NCBI GenBank assembly: GCA_965263035.1 | Contig: OZ253580.1 | Location: 6,016,001 to 6,080,000, forward strand | Direction of reading: 5' to 3' | Length of the DNA: 64,000 bases | DNA from: Acidobacteriota bacterium | GTDB lineage: Bacteria; Acidobacteriota; UBA6911; RPQK01; JAJDTT01 | In this document: in pieces, positions 31,176 to 41,455 of the stretch | How the letters are laid out: the number at the start of each line of letters is the position of its first letter | Numbering within the stretch: the first letter of the stretch is position 1 | Program-made: the position numbers and the translations under genes | Notes under the pieces: model-generated | Told to the model about the DNA's origin: nothing | The model's database searches: none | Seen by the model: only the letters and a program-made list of their open reading frames with translations

Positions 31176-32120
31176 CTACTTCAAGAAGGCGGCGACCTCC
31201 TCTTTGTTCCCCTCCTGGGCCAGGGTCCGGGCGGTCTTGCCATCCTCGTTCTTGGCCTTGGCGTCGGCTCCAGCCTCCACCAGTGCCTTGACCGCTTCGG
31301 CATGGCCGTTTACCGCCGCGTACATGAGTCCGCTCCAACCCTGCTTGTCCTGCACGTTGACGTCGGCTCCCGCCTCGACCAGGGCCTTCACGGTTGCCGT
31401 GTGCCCTCCCTCGGCGGCCCAGACCACGGAGGTCTTTCCATCCGGATCCGTCCCCTCCGCGTCGACCCCCTCGTCCAGCAGGGCCGTGACGCTCTCGGTG
31501 TCGCCCAGTTTGGCCGCCAGCAGAACCGAAGGAGATCCATCGCTGGTCATGGAATAGGCGTCCGCACCATGGCTCAGGAGAGCTCGCGCCGTCTCTCCGT
31601 GTCCGGCCCCGAGCGCCATGATCAGGGCGGTTCCGCCGCTCTGATCCGCGATGTCCAGGTTGGCTCCCTTCTCCGCCAACACTCCGATGACCTCTCCGTG
31701 GCCCCGAGCCGCGGCCCAGAGCACGGCCGTCCGCTTCCGGTTGTCCTGCGCCTCCACTTCGGCTCCAGCCTCCAGCAGGGCCTGGACCGTCCCGGCATGA
31801 CCGCTCGCCGCAGCTGCCATCAGCGGCGTCCGCTCCTCGGAATCCCGGATCTCGATGTCGGCACCGCCACCGATCAGGGATTGGACCACGGCGTCGTGGC
31901 CGTGACCGGCGGCAAGGATGAAGGCGAGCTGTCCCTCCTGTCCCTCTTCCTCGCTGGCCACATTGGCATCGGCCCCCTGTGCCAGGAGTTCCTTGACGGC
32001 AGCGTCATCCCCTTTCCCCGCGGCCTGGATCAGTTCCTCGTTGATGTTCCCGCCACAGCTGCAGAGCAGAAGAAGAGAGGGGGCAAGCCAAGTCACAAAT
32101 CCCCGAAAAGTCAGCATCAT
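31176..32120 (-). CDS. Ankyrin-repeat lipoprotein
   Basis: LLLLCSC lipobox-like; repeated TPLMAAAASGH...LLEAGA; AAGGAG RBS. Confidence 0.9.
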   Translation of the reverse strand: MMLTFRGFVTWLAPSLLLLCSCGGNINEELIQAAGKGDDAAVKELLAQGADANVASEEEGQEGQLAFILAAGHGHDAVVQSLIGGGADIEIRDSEERTPLMAAAASGHAGTVQALLEAGAEVEAQDNRKRTAVLWAAARGHGEVIGVLAEKGANLDIADQSGGTALIMALGAGHGETARALLSHGADAYSMTSDGSPSVLLAAKLGDTESVTALLDEGVDAEGTDPDGKTSVVWAAEGGHTATVKALVEAGADVNVQDKQGWSGLMYAAVNGHAEAVKALVEAGADAKAKNEDGKTARTLAQEGNKEEVAAFLK

Positions 32121-32288
32121 GGGTCTCCTTTCTGAGTCGCGGGACGCGCGGACCGAGCAGTAACAGGTTCCGCCGCAGGAACGGCCCTCCGGGGCGTTCG
32201 GGCCAACGAGCCCATCTCCGAATTGCCTCGGAGTTTCGGGCATGATAACACAGCACTCGGGGATTTCACCGGGGAGGAGACGAGCAGA

Positions 32289-33983
32289 TTGAAGCACCGG
32301 AAACGGAAAAACCTGCGCAGCCGCGAGTGGTTCGACACTCCCGAACTGTACGGGTGGACTCGACAGGCGGCCTTGCAGGGACTCGGACTGGACCCCGCAG
32401 TGTACCGGGACCGTCCCCTCATCGGCATCTGCAACACCTGGAGCGAGTTGACCCATTGCAATGCCCACCTGCGCACGTTGGCCCAGCGGGTCAAGGAGGG
32501 GGTCTGGCAGGCCGGCGGGGTGCCCTTCGAATTTCCGGTCATCTCGTTGGGCGAGTTCAACATGCGCCCCACCTCCATGCTCTTCCGGAACCTCTTGAGC
32601 ATGGACGTGGAGGAATGCATCCGGGCCAATCCTCTGGATGGGGTGGTCCTCCTGGGAGGTTGCGACAAGACCACGCCGGGACTGCTCATGGGCGCCGTGA
32701 GTGCGGACGTGCCGGCGATTCTCGTGACCGGCGGGCCACAACTCACCGCCCACTGGCGAGGCCAGGAGTTGGGATCCTGCACCGATTGCAGGCGCTTCGA
32801 GGCCGAACTTCGAGCCGGGAGGATCGGCCAAGAAGACTGGCTGGATCTCCAGGGCGCCATGGTCCGGAGTCCGGGCCACTGCATGACCATGGGCACGGCC
32901 TCCACCCTGGCCACGCTGGCCGAAGCCCTGGGAATGGCACTGCCCGGGAACGCCGCCTACCCGGCGGCCGATTCCCGCCGAACGCGCTTGGCGCACCGGG
33001 CCGGACGCCAGATCGTGCGCCTGGTGGAACTGGACCTGAAACCTTCTCGGCTGCTGAGCGCCGGATCGTTCGACAACGCCATCCGCACCCTTCATGCCAT
33101 CGGCGGTTCCACCAACGCCATCGTTCATCTCCTCGCGGTGGCCGGGCGGACCGGCATCCCGCTGTCCCTCAAGAGGTTCGACGAACTGTCCCAGACCACG
33201 CCGGTGCTGCTGGATCTGAAGCCGGCCGGCCGCTTCCTGATGGAGGACTTCGCCTACGCGGGAGGGGCCCCGGCGCTCCTGAGTGAGATGGCGCCCCTGC
33301 TGGATCTGGACCAGCCGACGGTCACCGGTCTGAGCCTGGGCGAAAACCTCCAGGGGGCGCGCAACGACAATCCGGAAGTCATCCATCCCATGGACCGCCC
33401 TCTGGAGACCTCCGGCGGCCTGGCCGTTCTCTATGGATCCCTGGCCCCGGACGGATGCATCATCAAGCACAGCGCCGCCACGCCCGGACTTCTCCGCCAT
33501 GAGGGCCGGGCGGTGGTTTTCGAAGACCACCACGAACTACTGGAGGGAATCGACGGTCCGGACCTGGACGTCGGTCCCGAAGACGTGCTGGTGCTTCGGG
33601 GCGTCGGCCCCCTCGGCGGGCCGGGCATGCCCGAGTGGGGCTTGCTCCCGATCCCTCGAAAGCTGCTCCGAGCGGGCGTTCAGGACATGGTCCGGATCAG
33701 CGACTCACGTATCAGCGGCACGGCTCGAGGCACGGTGGTGGTCCACGTCTGTCCGGAAAGCGTGGCGGGAGGTCCTCTGGCCGCAGTCCGGACCGGCGAT
33801 CGTATCCGGCTGGACGTCCCCGCGCGGCGGTTGGACCTCCTGGTGGAGCCCCGAGAGATCCAGCGCCGGATGGCAGGCATCCGTTCGACCGTCCGCCCCG
33901 CCGCGAGAGGCTACCGCCGGCTCTACTTCGAGCACGTCCTGCAGGCCGACCAGGGATGTGATTTCGATTTCCTGCAGGCGTAG
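32289..33983 (+). CDS. IlvD/Edd-family sugar-acid dehydratase
   Basis: IGICNTWSELTHCN, GGCDKTTP, CMTMGTAST, GGSTN, SDSRISGT. Confidence 0.9.
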   Translation: MKHRKRKNLRSREWFDTPELYGWTRQAALQGLGLDPAVYRDRPLIGICNTWSELTHCNAHLRTLAQRVKEGVWQAGGVPFEFPVISLGEFNMRPTSMLFRNLLSMDVEECIRANPLDGVVLLGGCDKTTPGLLMGAVSADVPAILVTGGPQLTAHWRGQELGSCTDCRRFEAELRAGRIGQEDWLDLQGAMVRSPGHCMTMGTASTLATLAEALGMALPGNAAYPAADSRRTRLAHRAGRQIVRLVELDLKPSRLLSAGSFDNAIRTLHAIGGSTNAIVHLLAVAGRTGIPLSLKRFDELSQTTPVLLDLKPAGRFLMEDFAYAGGAPALLSEMAPLLDLDQPTVTGLSLGENLQGARNDNPEVIHPMDRPLETSGGLAVLYGSLAPDGCIIKHSAATPGLLRHEGRAVVFEDHHELLEGIDGPDLDVGPEDVLVLRGVGPLGGPGMPEWGLLPIPRKLLRAGVQDMVRISDSRISGTARGTVVVHVCPESVAGGPLAAVRTGDRIRLDVPARRLDLLVEPREIQRRMAGIRSTVRPAARGYRRLYFEHVLQADQGCDFDFLQA

Positions 33984-34259
33984 GGAGCGGCGGTTTCCAA
34001 CCGCCGAACAGGAGCGGCGACTTTCTTGTCGCCGACAGGGGGGCAGGGGGGACGGAGTCCCCACTTTACACTTTCCGGCCCCTACACTATCCGGCCGCCG
34101 AATCGAATAGGGACACAGAAGAGCAGGCGGCAAGAAAGCCGCCTGGCCCAGTGGGCGACAAGAAAGTCGCCCCTCCAGCAGGCGGCAAGAAAGCCGCTTG
34201 GCCCGGTGGGCGATTAGAAATCGCCCCTCCCAGTGGGCGGCAAGAAAGCTGTCCCTCCT
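33983..34259. repeat. REP/REPIN-like palindrome cluster
   Basis: Multiple GGCG(A/G)CAAGAAAG(T/C)CGCC and GGAGCGGCGGTTTCCAACCGCC hairpins between convergent genes. Confidence 0.8.
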
Positions 34260-34287
34260 CGTCGCCTCTCCACGGTCTTCTTCCCGT

Positions 34288-36072
34288 TTACCTTTGCCGC
34301 AGGCACCAGCGGACCGCGTTCTTCATGAGCCGCTGGTACATGGGGTGAAACAGGGGTTCGGCCGGGTGGCCGGCAGCCAGGTGGCAGACTCTTCCCTTCC
34401 CCACCTCGCGGACCCATCCGGCCGGGACCGCGATTCCGTTGTCCATACGACTTTCCAGGATCATGTGGACCTGGCTCTCGTCGTACAGGACCGGCGTGTG
34501 CTGCTCGTCCGCCGTCGTGAAATCGCTGACGCCCTCGGTGATGGGATGGTCCGGGTCCACGACCTCGATGCGGAAGCGCTCGTAGGGTCCGTGGCCGATG
34601 TAACGGCCTCCCACCAGCTTCAGGTAGGGTCCGGCGGGCGGATACAGCCCCAGGGAGTTGTGGAGATTCAGGAAGGATCCGCCCTTGTCGACGAATTCCG
34701 CCACGGCCCGCTCCTGATCCAGGGTCATCCAGGTCTTGATCTCCCCATGAAGGGGATCCACCAGCGTTCTCAAAGGCTCCCGGCCCTCGCCCACGCGCTC
34801 CACCTGACGGCCGTCCCGCAGAATCACCAGCAACTGGACCCGAGACAGGTTCTCCGCTGAAAGAGCGTTCACATCCACGGTGAAGTGGGGCGTGACGCCG
34901 GTGGCCTGGAAAACCAGAGTCAGTGCTTTCCGGATCGGAGCGGGTGGATGGGGGCTGTCCCCAATCAGGACCAGCGCGTGGGGACTGGAGTCGCCGGGCT
35001 GGGGTGGACGGCCATGGAACGGAGCGTTGGGGACCGTGAGCTCCGTGTAGACATGCGCGATCTGAGCTTCCCTGGGGCGCGTATGGGTGGTCCAGTACTG
35101 GAGCCCGTCGGGAATCCGGACGTATTTCTGGACCTCGGGCAGGGAGTATCCGATGGCGATCCCATAGGCGACCTCGTCCCGGAGCTCCACCATCAGGTCC
35201 CGAAGCCGTCCCACCATGTTCGGACCGGTCCAGGAACCGAATCCGGGCACCACTTCCCGGGCGCCAAGTTCATGAAGGCGATCCAGAACGCCGATCCAGG
35301 CTGCGGTGTCTTTCCCCTTCGGGTTGAAACGGATCCCGTTCATCACCGAGGGCCCACCAAACAGAACTTTGTCCCGCTGGAGATACAGGGCCCCGGCCCC
35401 CTCGTCCCAAACCTCGTCCAGGGGCAGGAACTGGATGGACCGGGCGGGATCTCCCACGAACCCCGGCTTTGACAGCGCCGTCACCAGGGCTGGTTCCAGA
35501 TCCGGAATTCCGGCCAGCAGGCGCTCCCGAATCCGGGGCGAGGTCACGATCTGGGTGACGCCCGCCTTGAGCAGCGCCCGGACCAGCGGAGCGATGGGAT
35601 CCAGCCCCATGGGCTCGGCGGAGCGATACCAGCGCTTCTCCACCGGGTCGTAGGCCGAGGAGGTCCCCCAGGACGGATCTTCCCAGATATGCGTCAAGAC
35701 CAGCCGCCGCGCAGGGCGCTTGCCCCCGCTCGTGACCCGAGCCAGATAGGCATCGACCGATCTGCCCCGGGGCAGATCGATGAGCAGGGTTTCCCCGTCC
35801 AACTCCACCCATCCGCAGTTGGCGCTGGCGAATTGGTGGGAGAAGCCGGCGGCGTGAACCCCCGGGGCCAGTTCCGCGTGATGAGGGAGGAGCTGCTGGT
35901 GCGACTCGGCAATCATCGGCGCCGTGGAGAGTACCAAAATCAGCAACAAACCCACGGTTCCAAGCTCCCGGGAACGCGGAATGGTTCCCGAATGCCTCAA
36001 GTCCCTGGCCCGAGTCATCGAATGGGCCCCAATTTGTAATGACATTTCGATCCTCCCTGAAAACCAGGACAC
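34288..36072 (-). CDS. MBL-fold-like plus ThuA-like domain protein
   Basis: ANCGWV...LLIDL...LVLTH, VVPGFG; C-terminal GGSFLNLH, HPIT, DEQH, GRVCHLAAGH; start uncertain. Confidence 0.75.
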   Translation of the reverse strand: MSWFSGRIEMSLQIGAHSMTRARDLRHSGTIPRSRELGTVGLLLILVLSTAPMIAESHQQLLPHHAELAPGVHAAGFSHQFASANCGWVELDGETLLIDLPRGRSVDAYLARVTSGGKRPARRLVLTHIWEDPSWGTSSAYDPVEKRWYRSAEPMGLDPIAPLVRALLKAGVTQIVTSPRIRERLLAGIPDLEPALVTALSKPGFVGDPARSIQFLPLDEVWDEGAGALYLQRDKVLFGGPSVMNGIRFNPKGKDTAAWIGVLDRLHELGAREVVPGFGSWTGPNMVGRLRDLMVELRDEVAYGIAIGYSLPEVQKYVRIPDGLQYWTTHTRPREAQIAHVYTELTVPNAPFHGRPPQPGDSSPHALVLIGDSPHPPAPIRKALTLVFQATGVTPHFTVDVNALSAENLSRVQLLVILRDGRQVERVGEGREPLRTLVDPLHGEIKTWMTLDQERAVAEFVDKGGSFLNLHNSLGLYPPAGPYLKLVGGRYIGHGPYERFRIEVVDPDHPITEGVSDFTTADEQHTPVLYDESQVHMILESRMDNGIAVPAGWVREVGKGRVCHLAAGHPAEPLFHPMYQRLMKNAVRWCLRQR

Positions 36073-36173
36073 GGTTGGCGGATGGCCGCGGCGGCCGGAC
36101 CCGGCGTCAGTCTACTATGGCCAGGAGCCCGCCGTGACGGCTATCCCGCCACTCGATCCGCACTTCGACAAAG

Positions 36174-37157
36174 TCAAGGGACCAGAACGGCGGCTCCATC
36201 CAGTTCGCCCTGCTTCAACCGCCTGAGGGCTTCGTTGGCCTCGGTGAGAGGGAACTCCTCGGTCTCGGTGCGCACCGGAACCCGTGGAGCCAACTCCAGG
36301 AACTCCACCGCATCCTTCCGGGTCAGGTTGGCCACCGAACAGAGCCGGCGCTCCTCCCACAGGAGGCGGTAGGGAAACGACGGGATGTCACTCATGTGGA
36401 TTCCACCGCAGACCACCGTTCCTCCCTTGCCCACGGCTTCGAGCGCCACCGGCACCAGCGGACCCACCGGAGCGAAGATGACGGCGGCATCCAGAGGGTG
36501 CGGCGGCTTCCGTTGCGAGCCCCCGGCCCAGACCGCTCCCAGGGAACGGGCGAAGTCCTGCGCCGTCCCATCGCCGGGACGGGTGAAGGCGTAGACGCTT
36601 CTGCCCTGGTGACGGGCGACCTGAGCGACGATATGGGCCGCCGCTCCGAACCCGTAGAGACCCAGACGCCGTCCCGGACCGGCCATGACCAGCGACCGAT
36701 AGCCGATGAGGCCGGCACACAAAAGGGGAGCCGCCTTCACATCCGAGTACTCCCGGGGGATGGGAAAGCAGAAGCGCTCGTGAGCCAGCACCTGCTCGGC
36801 GTAGCCTCCGTTCAAGGTATATCCGGTAAACTGGGCTCTCGAGCAGAGATTCTCCCGTTCCGACCGGCAGTAGTCGCACTGTCCGCAGGTCCATCCCAAC
36901 CAGGGGATTCCGACCCGGTCGCCGATGCCGTGCCGCCCCACGCCGGGACCCAACTGGGTCACGACACCCACGATTTCATGCCCAGGGATGATGGGCAGCT
37001 TGGGGTCGGTCAGATCTCCGTCCACGACGTGGAGATCGGTTCGGCACACGGCGCAGGCCCGCACCTTGACCCTCACCTGACCCGGGCCGGGCTGCAAGGG
37101 CGGCAGATCCACTGCCTCCAGCCTCGTCCCCGGCTGCTTCAGGATCATGGCCCGCAT
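36174..37157 (-). CDS. Zinc-dependent alcohol dehydrogenase
   Basis: CRTDLH, PGHEIVG, CGQCDYC...C, GLYGFG. Confidence 0.95.
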   Translation of the reverse strand: MRAMILKQPGTRLEAVDLPPLQPGPGQVRVKVRACAVCRTDLHVVDGDLTDPKLPIIPGHEIVGVVTQLGPGVGRHGIGDRVGIPWLGWTCGQCDYCRSERENLCSRAQFTGYTLNGGYAEQVLAHERFCFPIPREYSDVKAAPLLCAGLIGYRSLVMAGPGRRLGLYGFGAAAHIVAQVARHQGRSVYAFTRPGDGTAQDFARSLGAVWAGGSQRKPPHPLDAAVIFAPVGPLVPVALEAVGKGGTVVCGGIHMSDIPSFPYRLLWEERRLCSVANLTRKDAVEFLELAPRVPVRTETEEFPLTEANEALRRLKQGELDGAAVLVP

Positions 37158-37158
37158 G

Positions 37159-37983
37159 TCAATGCTCCCGCCGGAGTCCGCCTGCGGTCCCCTGAAGATG
37201 GTCCAACAGGCAGTAGAGGAAGGACTCCAGCTCGTCCGGATGCTGAAGCTGGTAGTGGGCTTCGGTGGCCGAATCGCCCCCGCTCACGACGAAGGTCAGT
37301 CCCTCGTCGCTCAGCGCCTGAAACGCCGTCTCATCGTCTGGGTGCGTCCCCACGTAGAGGGGGATCCGACCGGATCCCGGCGGCGCCAATTCAGCCGCGA
37401 TCCGTGTCGCGGCCCGGCCCCGATCCCATTCCAGCCGGGGACGCACCTGTAGTCCGTCCCGGCCCCGCATCTTCCGGAGTTGAGGATATCCTCTCAGAAC
37501 CGAATCGAGAACTCGCTCCACCTCATCCGAATCAGCCCGGACCGCCGGATCCAGATGGAGGCGCAGGGTGATGTCCCTGGGGTCTACCAGAACTCCGTTC
37601 GTTCCAAGGTACGCTTGGACCAGATCGGCAGCAAGGGAGCGAATCTGCAACACCCACTCCGCCTTGGTTCGCGACCGGCCGCTCAATCCCGGTCCCGAGA
37701 AATCCAACCCGTCGCTGCCGGCGTGATACAGGCCGTCGATATCCACCATGGAGGCCAGATCCTGCCGTCCGCGCCGGCTCACGATCACCGTGGGACAGAG
37801 ACCGGCCAATTGGCGGAGCACCTCTTTCATCCCCCGGGACAGAACCGCCATGTCCTCTCGGGAGACCAGAGGCGCCAGCGCCCCGTCGTAGGACAGAAAA
37901 AGCAGCGGCTGCCGACCCTGAAGGCGATGCCTGATCCGCGGCCAGTGGGCCGGGGCAGCCGGCAACCGGCGATCCCGCACCAT
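37159..37983 (-). CDS. Trehalose-6-phosphate phosphatase-like HAD protein (degenerate)
   Basis: LLFLSYDGALAP, VIVSRR, QVRPRLEWDRG, YVGTHPDDETAF. Confidence 0.8.
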   Translation of the reverse strand: MVRDRRLPAAPAHWPRIRHRLQGRQPLLFLSYDGALAPLVSREDMAVLSRGMKEVLRQLAGLCPTVIVSRRGRQDLASMVDIDGLYHAGSDGLDFSGPGLSGRSRTKAEWVLQIRSLAADLVQAYLGTNGVLVDPRDITLRLHLDPAVRADSDEVERVLDSVLRGYPQLRKMRGRDGLQVRPRLEWDRGRAATRIAAELAPPGSGRIPLYVGTHPDDETAFQALSDEGLTFVVSGGDSATEAHYQLQHPDELESFLYCLLDHLQGTAGGLRREH

Positions 37984-38110
37984 CCCCACCTCCAGATACT
38001 CCGGTGTCAGTGTCGTCGGGTCCGCATTGTTTCTTCCCCTTCCCACCGAGTCAATTGAACCTGCCGTGCCTTGACTCGCCCCGGTGCGGAAACTACCATC
38101 CCGAACCATC

Positions 38111-39316
38111 ATGTACGCGCGTCAACTCGTCGGTTTCTCCTGGTGCATCCTGCTGGCGGCCGGAAGCATGGTCCTGGCTCAATCGTCCGATCGCCCGGTG
38201 AACTGGAAGGAACTTCCCGAACCGTTCCACACCAAATCGTCCAGCAACCGTCCGCAGGTCGTCCCTCGCCCTGAAGGTGCAAAACTCAATCTCCCCAACG
38301 GCTTCCATGGCGAAGTCATCGCCAGCGGTTTCGAGCGTCCTCGTTTCATGCTCCTGGGTCCCACCGGAGAGGTTCTGGTGACCGACAGCGGCAAGCGAAA
38401 TGAGCCCACCGGGTCGGTGACCCGACTATTGCCCGGGAAACGCACCGTCCTGCTGGAAGGATTGGACCGCCCTTACGGATTGGCTCGGTACAGAGGTTAC
38501 CTTTACGTGGGCGAGCCCACTTCCATCAAGCGCTACCCCTACCAAAATCAACAGATAACGGGCGAGGGGGAGGAAGTCTTCTCCCTGGCGGGATTCGGCA
38601 AGGGGCACTGGACTCGGACCCTCCTCTTCGACCGGCAGCGGGAGAAGCTCTACGTGACGGTGGGATCCAGTTCCAACATCGGCAAGGGAGATCCGCCGGT
38701 CCGTGCGGCCATCAACCGGATCAATCCCGACGGCAGCGGACACGACATCTTCGCCACCGGTCTGCGCAACACCGTGGGCTTGCGCTGGCGCCCGGGGACG
38801 GATGAGCTCTGGGGCAGCGTGCAGGAACGGGACGGCCTGGGCGACGATCTGGTGGACGACTACCTGGTCCACATCAAGCAGGGCAGATTCTACGGCTTTC
38901 CTGACGCGTATTCCGGCCCCCACAAGGAGCCGCGGCACCAGGAGACGGACCAGGAGAAGGTCGACAGCAGCCTCTATCCGGACGTCCAGCTGGGCGCCCA
39001 TGTCTCGGTCCTGGACATCCTTTTCTACAGCGGCAGCCAGTTCCCCGAGAAATTTCACGGAGGCCTCTTCCTGGCCTTTCACGGCTCTTCCAACCGATCG
39101 GTGCGAGTCGGATATTCCATCGCCTTCATCCCCTTCCTGAAGGGGCGCCCCACCTCAGGCCCCACCGACTTCCTCTCGGGCTGGATGTTGGCGCCCGATC
39201 GGCCGGAGGTCTGGGGACGGCCCGTGGGTCTGCTGCAGATGATCGACGGGTCGCTGCTGATCTCCGAGGACGGGGCCGGCACGATCTGGCGGGTGTCCTA
39301 CGAACCCAAGAGCTAG
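38111..39316 (+). CDS. Glucose/sorbosone dehydrogenase-family beta-propeller
   Basis: Signal peptide; GHWTR, ATGLRN, ERDGLGDD, FHGSSNR, WGRPVG. Confidence 0.88.
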   Translation: MYARQLVGFSWCILLAAGSMVLAQSSDRPVNWKELPEPFHTKSSSNRPQVVPRPEGAKLNLPNGFHGEVIASGFERPRFMLLGPTGEVLVTDSGKRNEPTGSVTRLLPGKRTVLLEGLDRPYGLARYRGYLYVGEPTSIKRYPYQNQQITGEGEEVFSLAGFGKGHWTRTLLFDRQREKLYVTVGSSSNIGKGDPPVRAAINRINPDGSGHDIFATGLRNTVGLRWRPGTDELWGSVQERDGLGDDLVDDYLVHIKQGRFYGFPDAYSGPHKEPRHQETDQEKVDSSLYPDVQLGAHVSVLDILFYSGSQFPEKFHGGLFLAFHGSSNRSVRVGYSIAFIPFLKGRPTSGPTDFLSGWMLAPDRPEVWGRPVGLLQMIDGSLLISEDGAGTIWRVSYEPKS

Positions 39317-39420
39317 GAGTCTCACGGCAGGCGTCGCCGCGGGCTGACAATCACGGCGCGAAACGGCGCACAGGCCCACTCCGGCGATGGCCCAATGCGT
39401 TCCGGACGGGAGCGGACCTT

Positions 39421-40071
39421 ATGTCGGGGAAGAGCTTGAGCCAGGTCGGCTACGCCCTCAGCGCGCCGCTTCTGTTCGGCTTGACCCTCTTCTCTTCCCC
39501 GGATTTCTCCCACCCGATTCATCTCGATCTGGGCCTGGCCTGCACCCGGTGCCACGCCGGAGCCGAGACCAGCCGTCAGGCCGGCGATCAAATCTTTCCG
39601 CAACCCGCGGTCTGCCTTTCCTGTCACTCGGGCGGCAAGGCCACAAACCTCGATCCGGCTCGGCTCAGCTGGTCCGCTCCGGAACGAATCTACCGCTTCG
39701 ATCACGGTTTCCACGTCCGGCTGGGCAACCTGGCGCCCTTTCTGGCATCAGCCATCGACGGGGGAAGCTATTTCGGCTCTCCCCATATCCGGCCGCAATT
39801 GGAAAACGCCGACGGCTGCACCGCCTGCCACCGGGGACTCGACACCAGCGAGGCCACGCCTCTTCCCGTCATGTCCGACTGCCTGGTCTGCCACTCGGAG
39901 ATCGACAACCCGTTCAGCTGCAGCTACTGCCACCTGGAGGGGGTGAACCTGCGCCCGGCCGACCACACTCAGGAGTTCGCCGACCTCCACTCCACGGGCA
40001 AGATCCAACTGGACAAGGCCAGTTGCCTGCCCTGCCATGGAACCAACTTCGAATGCCGAGGCTGCCATTGA
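39421..40071 (+). CDS. Multiheme (7 CxxCH) cytochrome c
   Basis: CTRCH, CLSCH, CTACH, CLVCH, CSYCH, CLPCH, CRGCH; signal peptide. Confidence 0.9.
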   Translation: MSGKSLSQVGYALSAPLLFGLTLFSSPDFSHPIHLDLGLACTRCHAGAETSRQAGDQIFPQPAVCLSCHSGGKATNLDPARLSWSAPERIYRFDHGFHVRLGNLAPFLASAIDGGSYFGSPHIRPQLENADGCTACHRGLDTSEATPLPVMSDCLVCHSEIDNPFSCSYCHLEGVNLRPADHTQEFADLHSTGKIQLDKASCLPCHGTNFECRGCH

Positions 40072-41369
40072 AACCGATACTGCCCAACGAATTCGGTGGA
40101 ACTGACGCCCCCTTCCTCCCCACTGCCGAGATGAGCCGCCACAACGGCCTCCTCTACGTCGTGTCCATGTGCATCTTCATGTTCGCGGCGCCGGTGGTCT
40201 ACGTGGGAGTGGTCCAGGCCGGGCTGCTGGACAAGCTGGGGGCCAGCGCCATGGTCGCCAACCTCCCGGCCTCCACCTATCTCCTGGGCGCCTTTGCACC
40301 GCCCCTCCTGTCGTGGCTGGTCCCCCACCGGTTCGTCCGAACCACCGCCGTCGTCGCCTGCGCCGTGACCACCACCATGATCTCGGTGGTCTGTATCTGT
40401 CTCTTCGCCCCGGTCAGCGATATGGCCCGCTTGACCGCCGTCATCGGCCAGGGCCTGATCCAGGGTTTTTCCGCCTACACCTTCCAGGTGTACAAGTACC
40501 AGTGCCTGAAACGCGGCACCACACCCGAAGGGCGGGCCTGGGCCTTCAAATGGACGTTCGCCCTGGGTCCCATCTTCGCCGTGGCCGGCTCCCTCTGGGC
40601 CCAGTACATCCTGGGGGGCGGGATCGAGTGGCTCCCCTATCCCTACGACTTCGCCCTGCTCTACCTGATCGGGGCGCCCTGCATGGGCATGGCCTGCTAC
40701 CTGACGAGCCGATACGATCTGGCGCGGGTCCCGGAAACTCCGCGTCAACGCTTCGTCCAATACTACGCGGACAGCTTCAGGTCCTTCGTTCGTCAGCCCA
40801 CCCTGGTCTACCTGTGGCTGGGCTTCTTCATGTGGTTCATGGTCTTCACCGCCATGCCCACCCTCTCCCTCTACAGCCGGGAGGTTCTGGGCGGCGACCC
40901 CAAGGACTACTCGGGTTGGGTGATGGCCCTTCGCTTCGGCTTCAAGGCCGTGGCGGGGTACGCCCTGGGCGTCATCGCGTTGCGGTACGGCCTGCGGTCT
41001 CCCCTCTTCGTCTGCATGGTGCTGTTGGGGACCTCCATCATCTGGGGCTGGGCGGTTCCCGGCTACTTCTACCTGCTCGCCTTCGGATTGATGGGAGCCG
41101 GTGAGCTGGGGGGCGCCTACTTCCCCAACTACATCGTCGGGATCTCATCACCCGCGCTCTCCACCATGAACATGTCGATCCTGATGATGACCAGTTGCGC
41201 CAGCTTCTTCGCTCCCACCACCCACGGGGCCCTGGCGGACCACTTCGGATTCCATGCCAGCTTCATCTTCGCCCTGGTCGCGGCCGTCGTCTCCCTGTTC
41301 CTGATTGCCAAACTGCCCAAGCTCCGGGCCCAGGACGAGGCAACGAGTTCGTCGGCCACGGAGGGATAG
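40068..41369 (+). CDS. MFS-type transporter
   Basis: About 12 hydrophobic helices; start uncertain (TTG overlapping the cytochrome stop, or ATG 40053/40131). Confidence 0.75.
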   Translation: MKPILPNEFGGTDAPFLPTAEMSRHNGLLYVVSMCIFMFAAPVVYVGVVQAGLLDKLGASAMVANLPASTYLLGAFAPPLLSWLVPHRFVRTTAVVACAVTTTMISVVCICLFAPVSDMARLTAVIGQGLIQGFSAYTFQVYKYQCLKRGTTPEGRAWAFKWTFALGPIFAVAGSLWAQYILGGGIEWLPYPYDFALLYLIGAPCMGMACYLTSRYDLARVPETPRQRFVQYYADSFRSFVRQPTLVYLWLGFFMWFMVFTAMPTLSLYSREVLGGDPKDYSGWVMALRFGFKAVAGYALGVIALRYGLRSPLFVCMVLLGTSIIWGWAVPGYFYLLAFGLMGAGELGGAYFPNYIVGISSPALSTMNMSILMMTSCASFFAPTTHGALADHFGFHASFIFALVAAVVSLFLIAKLPKLRAQDEATSSSATEG

Positions 41370-41455
41370 CGTCGAATGCCGCTACGGCGTTGCTAAGGGC
41401 CGTTCGGAAACATGTGCGCGCTCAGAACCAGCGACGGCGAGCTCCCCGGTGAGAT

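Noticed and set aside
32121-33533. Long N-terminal extension of the ankyrin ORF
   Set aside because: Antisense shadow of the dehydratase; the real start with RBS is at 32120
33983-34259. Possible CRISPR array
   Set aside because: Variable repeats, short irregular linkers and no cas genes; REP-like
39387-40050. Upstream extension of the MFS ORF
   Set aside because: Alternate frame of the cytochrome gene
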